From Bacteroidales bacterium (GTDB lineage Bacteria > Bacteroidota > Bacteroidia > Bacteroidales > UBA12077), in NCBI GenBank assembly GCA_028282585.1, contig JANQHR010000114.1, positions 1-40,549 of the forward strand: 40,549 nucleotides of DNA. Direction: 5' to 3'. Position numbers and translations under genes: made by a program. Below the pieces are notes generated by a model. That model was not told the DNA's origin, did no database searches, and worked only from the letters and a program-made list of their open reading frames with translations. Below are positions 38,405-40,549 of the stretch, in pieces. Within the stretch, counting starts at the first letter, position 1; each line of letters opens with the position of its first letter.

Positions 38405-39419
38405 TTAAGTCATTTTTATAGTTCGGTAAAAGATTTCTAAACTTTTCTAATGTATCTGCCAAAGATAGGGAAGAATTACCTCCGGATGCATTTAAATGTC
38501 CACCTCCATTAAAGTGTTTTTCAGCAAACTTGTTGGTAGAAAATTTACCTTTTGACCTAAAAGAAATTTTAACATGTTTTTCTTTCTCAATAAAAATTGC
38601 AGTAAACCTAACACCTTTTATAGAAAGTGGATAATTAACAAAACCTTCCGAATCTCCGGGTTTAAAATTAAACTCATTCAACTCGTTCTGATTAATTGAA
38701 ATTAAGGCGGTATGATATTCGGGAAAAACTTCCATCTTTTTATGCAAACAATAACCCAAAAGTCTCATTCGGTCTTGTGAATAATTATCGTAAATATTCC
38801 TATAAATTTTATCCTTATCAATGCCTAATTCAATTAATTTGGAAACAACATAGTAAGTAAACGGATTCGATGAATTATAATTGAATGATCCTGTATCTGT
38901 CATAATACCTGTGTACAAACATTCGGCAATGGTTGAATCAATTAACTTATAATCAGACAAGCCATCAATAATATGAAATACCAACTCCGCAGTTGAACTG
39001 TAATGGGTATAAGAAAACAACAGATCGGCAAAATTTCCGGGGTCGGGATGATGATCGATTAATACCTTTTTTCCCGGTGCATCTTTTAAGTATTTTTCTA
39101 AACCCTCTGTTCGATCAGGATCATTAAAATCCAGAGCGAAAATTACATCCGCATCTTTTAATGCATTATGAACAGTACCACAGTTTCTTTTATAAACTAT
39201 AACCTTATCATTTCCAGGTATCCAATGCAAGAATTCAGGATAATCATTTGGAGTTACTATAATTGGTTCTTTCCCTTTTTTAACTAGATAATGATAAAAT
39301 CCGAGTGATGAACCCATAGCATCGCCATCAGGATTATAATGAGTTATAATTAAAGGTCGTTCAGCCTGAACAATTAAATCTTTTAATCTGTTTATATCTC
39401 TTTCTGGTATGGATTTCAC
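38391..39419 (-). CDS. nrnA: DHH/DHHA1 phosphoesterase (NrnA-like oligoribonuclease/pAp phosphatase)
   Basis: THYNPDGDAMGS, IDHH, GIMTDTGSF, ISFRS, GGGH.NASG; GTG start; TATCTTTG -7 element at 39451-39458. Confidence 0.9.
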   Translation of the reverse strand: MKSIPERDINRLKDLIVQAERPLIITHYNPDGDAMGSSLGFYHYLVKKGKEPIIVTPNDYPEFLHWIPGNDKVIVYKRNCGTVHNALKDADVIFALDFNDPDRTEGLEKYLKDAPGKKVLIDHHPDPGNFADLLFSYTHYSSTAELVFHIIDGLSDYKLIDSTIAECLYTGIMTDTGSFNYNSSNPFTYYVVSKLIELGIDKDKIYRNIYDNYSQDRMRLLGYCLHKKMEVFPEYHTALISINQNELNEFNFKPGDSEGFVNYPLSIKGVRFTAIFIEKEKHVKISFRSKGKFSTNKFAEKHFNGGGHLNASGGNSSLSLADTLEKFRNLLPNYKNDLNDSL

Positions 39420-39684
39420 GTTCTTTTATGATTCTAAAATTCGTAATTATCAAAGATAAAATAATCCGTTCAGAATTAAAGTTAATAATGAAATTTTTAT
39501 ATCTTAGTTTGACTATTAACAAAAGATTCGATAACATTTTTAATTATCCCGAATTAATGGATAATACTATAATTATGAATTTCCGTCTCATTCAGATCTC
39601 CATCATTCAAGCAATTAAGAAGTTAAGTAAATCAATTGTATTGACAAATTTAATTAGTATTAATCAAATAAATAACTTTATATT

Positions 39685-40104
39685 ATGCCATTAGGATACA
39701 CATTTGCAATGATTAAGCCTTCGGCTTGCAGAAAGAATCATGTTGGGCCAATTTTAGCTATGATTAATCAGGCTGGATTCAGAATCTCAGCAATTCGATC
39801 AACTAAATTAACTAAAGAAGAAGCTGAAACATTTTATGAAATGCACCGTGGAAAGGAATTCTTTGATAGTCTTTGTACTTTTATGAGTTCGGGATCAATT
39901 ATAGCTTTGTTACTCGAAAAAGAAAATGCTATTGAAGACTTTCGAAAATTAATCGGAAATACAAATCCTGAGATGGCTGAAGAAGGAACAATCAGAAAAA
40001 TGTTTGCAGAATCATTGCAAAAAAATGCTATTCACGGGTCTGATTCCATTGAAAATATGAAACGAGAAGCTGATTTCTTTTTTAACCAAAGAGAACGATA
40101 TTAA
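39685..40104 (+). CDS. ndk: Nucleoside diphosphate kinase
   Basis: TFAMIKP, FY..H.GK.FF..L..FMSSG, R.LIG.TNP..A..GTIR, NAIHGSDS. Confidence 0.97.
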   Translation: MPLGYTFAMIKPSACRKNHVGPILAMINQAGFRISAIRSTKLTKEEAETFYEMHRGKEFFDSLCTFMSSGSIIALLLEKENAIEDFRKLIGNTNPEMAEEGTIRKMFAESLQKNAIHGSDSIENMKREADFFFNQRERY

Positions 40105-40111
40105 TTAATAT

Positions 40112-40291
40112 ATGATTTCTGCTTGTGGTCTAAAATGTAAAGATTGTCAATTTTATAACAATCCTTGTTCGGGTTGCTATAATGTTGAAGGTAAAACTTT
40201 TTGGGCTAAAGATTATACACCAAATGGAATTTGCCAACTATATAATTGTTGCATAAATGAAAATAGTTATAAAAGGCACATTCTTAAGTAA
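40112..40291 (+). pseudogene. Cys-rich DUF3795-like gene, apparently truncated by an IS insertion (not in the ORF track)
   Basis: MISACGLKCKDCQFYNNPCSGCYNVEGKTFW...ICQLYNCCINENSYK-RHILK*; stops where the next CGxC cluster of the family is expected. Confidence 0.7.
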
Positions 40292-40549
40292 ATAACATTT
40301 TGAATATCAAGTAATTATTTGTATCTTTAGATAAGACAAAACCCCGAAAAGTGCCGAAAACACAAAAAATCGGGGTTTCATATTAAATATCTAATGCACA
40401 AAATACGAAAAATTTCACAATTTCAACACACTTTCCACTTTCAAAGCCCAGAAGAAAATTTTAATAGCATATACGCTCAATTCTTGGGAAGTAACCTGGG
40501 AAAGATTTATTATGCTATTCCATGGCAAGAATTGGTAAAATCATTTAAT
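40275..40549 (+). mobile_element. Left end of an IS (Bacteroidota DDE transposase, IS5/IS1182-like), running off the window
   Basis: Sequence change at GGCACATTCTTAAG; TATCTTTA promoter-like element; hairpin AAACCCCGA...TCGGGGTTT (40339-40378); transposase-like ORF from 40394. Confidence 0.6.
40394..40549 (+). CDS. Transposase N-terminus (partial, 52 aa)
   Basis: MHKIRKISQFQHTFHFQSPEENFNSIYAQFLGSNLGKIYYAIPWQELVKSFN resembles, from memory, N-termini (KI..IS...F...F..S.LG.....IP) of Bacteroides transposases. Confidence 0.6.
   Translation, partial: MHKIRKISQFQHTFHFQSPEENFNSIYAQFLGSNLGKIYYAIPWQELVKSFN

Noticed and set aside
39428-39694. 88-aa ORF upstream of ndk
   Set aside because: Ile/Asn/Lys-rich translation of a divergent promoter region containing the DHH -7 element
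1-40549. Composite transposon spanning the window
   Set aside because: The two IS-like ends differ in sequence and the cargo includes core genes (ndk, nnr, nrnA, corA)

Overview
An AT-rich Bacteroidota chromosomal segment, probably Bacteroidia, judged from SusC/SusD, a T9SS C-terminal domain, TAnnTTTG promoters and DUF4831. It appears to be bounded by IS fragments at both ends. 0.1-19.9 kb is a complete alpha-glucan (starch/maltodextrin) utilisation locus: LacI regulator, SusC/D/E-F, three GH13 enzymes, GH65 maltose phosphorylase, beta-phosphoglucomutase and an MFS sugar transporter. It also carries two unexpected passengers, a variant-motif GGDEF protein and a phosphofructokinase. An identical 15-bp LacI-type operator heads both convergent halves of the locus. 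20-29.3 kb holds housekeeping, transport and stress genes (POT transporter, Nnr, DUF4831, CorA, PAS histidine kinase, MscS, and Hsp20 with a sigma54-like promoter). 29.5-35.3 kb is the most unusual part: two tandem paralogous, signal-peptide-bearing, phage-tail-fibre-like proteins. Each has 39-aa repeats with an invariant KVGGFAVSGRNPSK core, a different head-repeat region and a C-terminal S74-type autocleaving chaperone, and no phage genes lie nearby. Upstream of them is a ~230-bp segment flanked by inverted repeats. 36-40.5 kb holds a YD-like repeat exported protein, two FKBP lipoproteins (one GldI-like), a DHH phosphoesterase, ndk, and a Cys-rich DUF3795-like gene apparently truncated by an IS. 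No rRNA, tRNA or CRISPR array was seen. All calls come from reading motifs by eye, without database searches.
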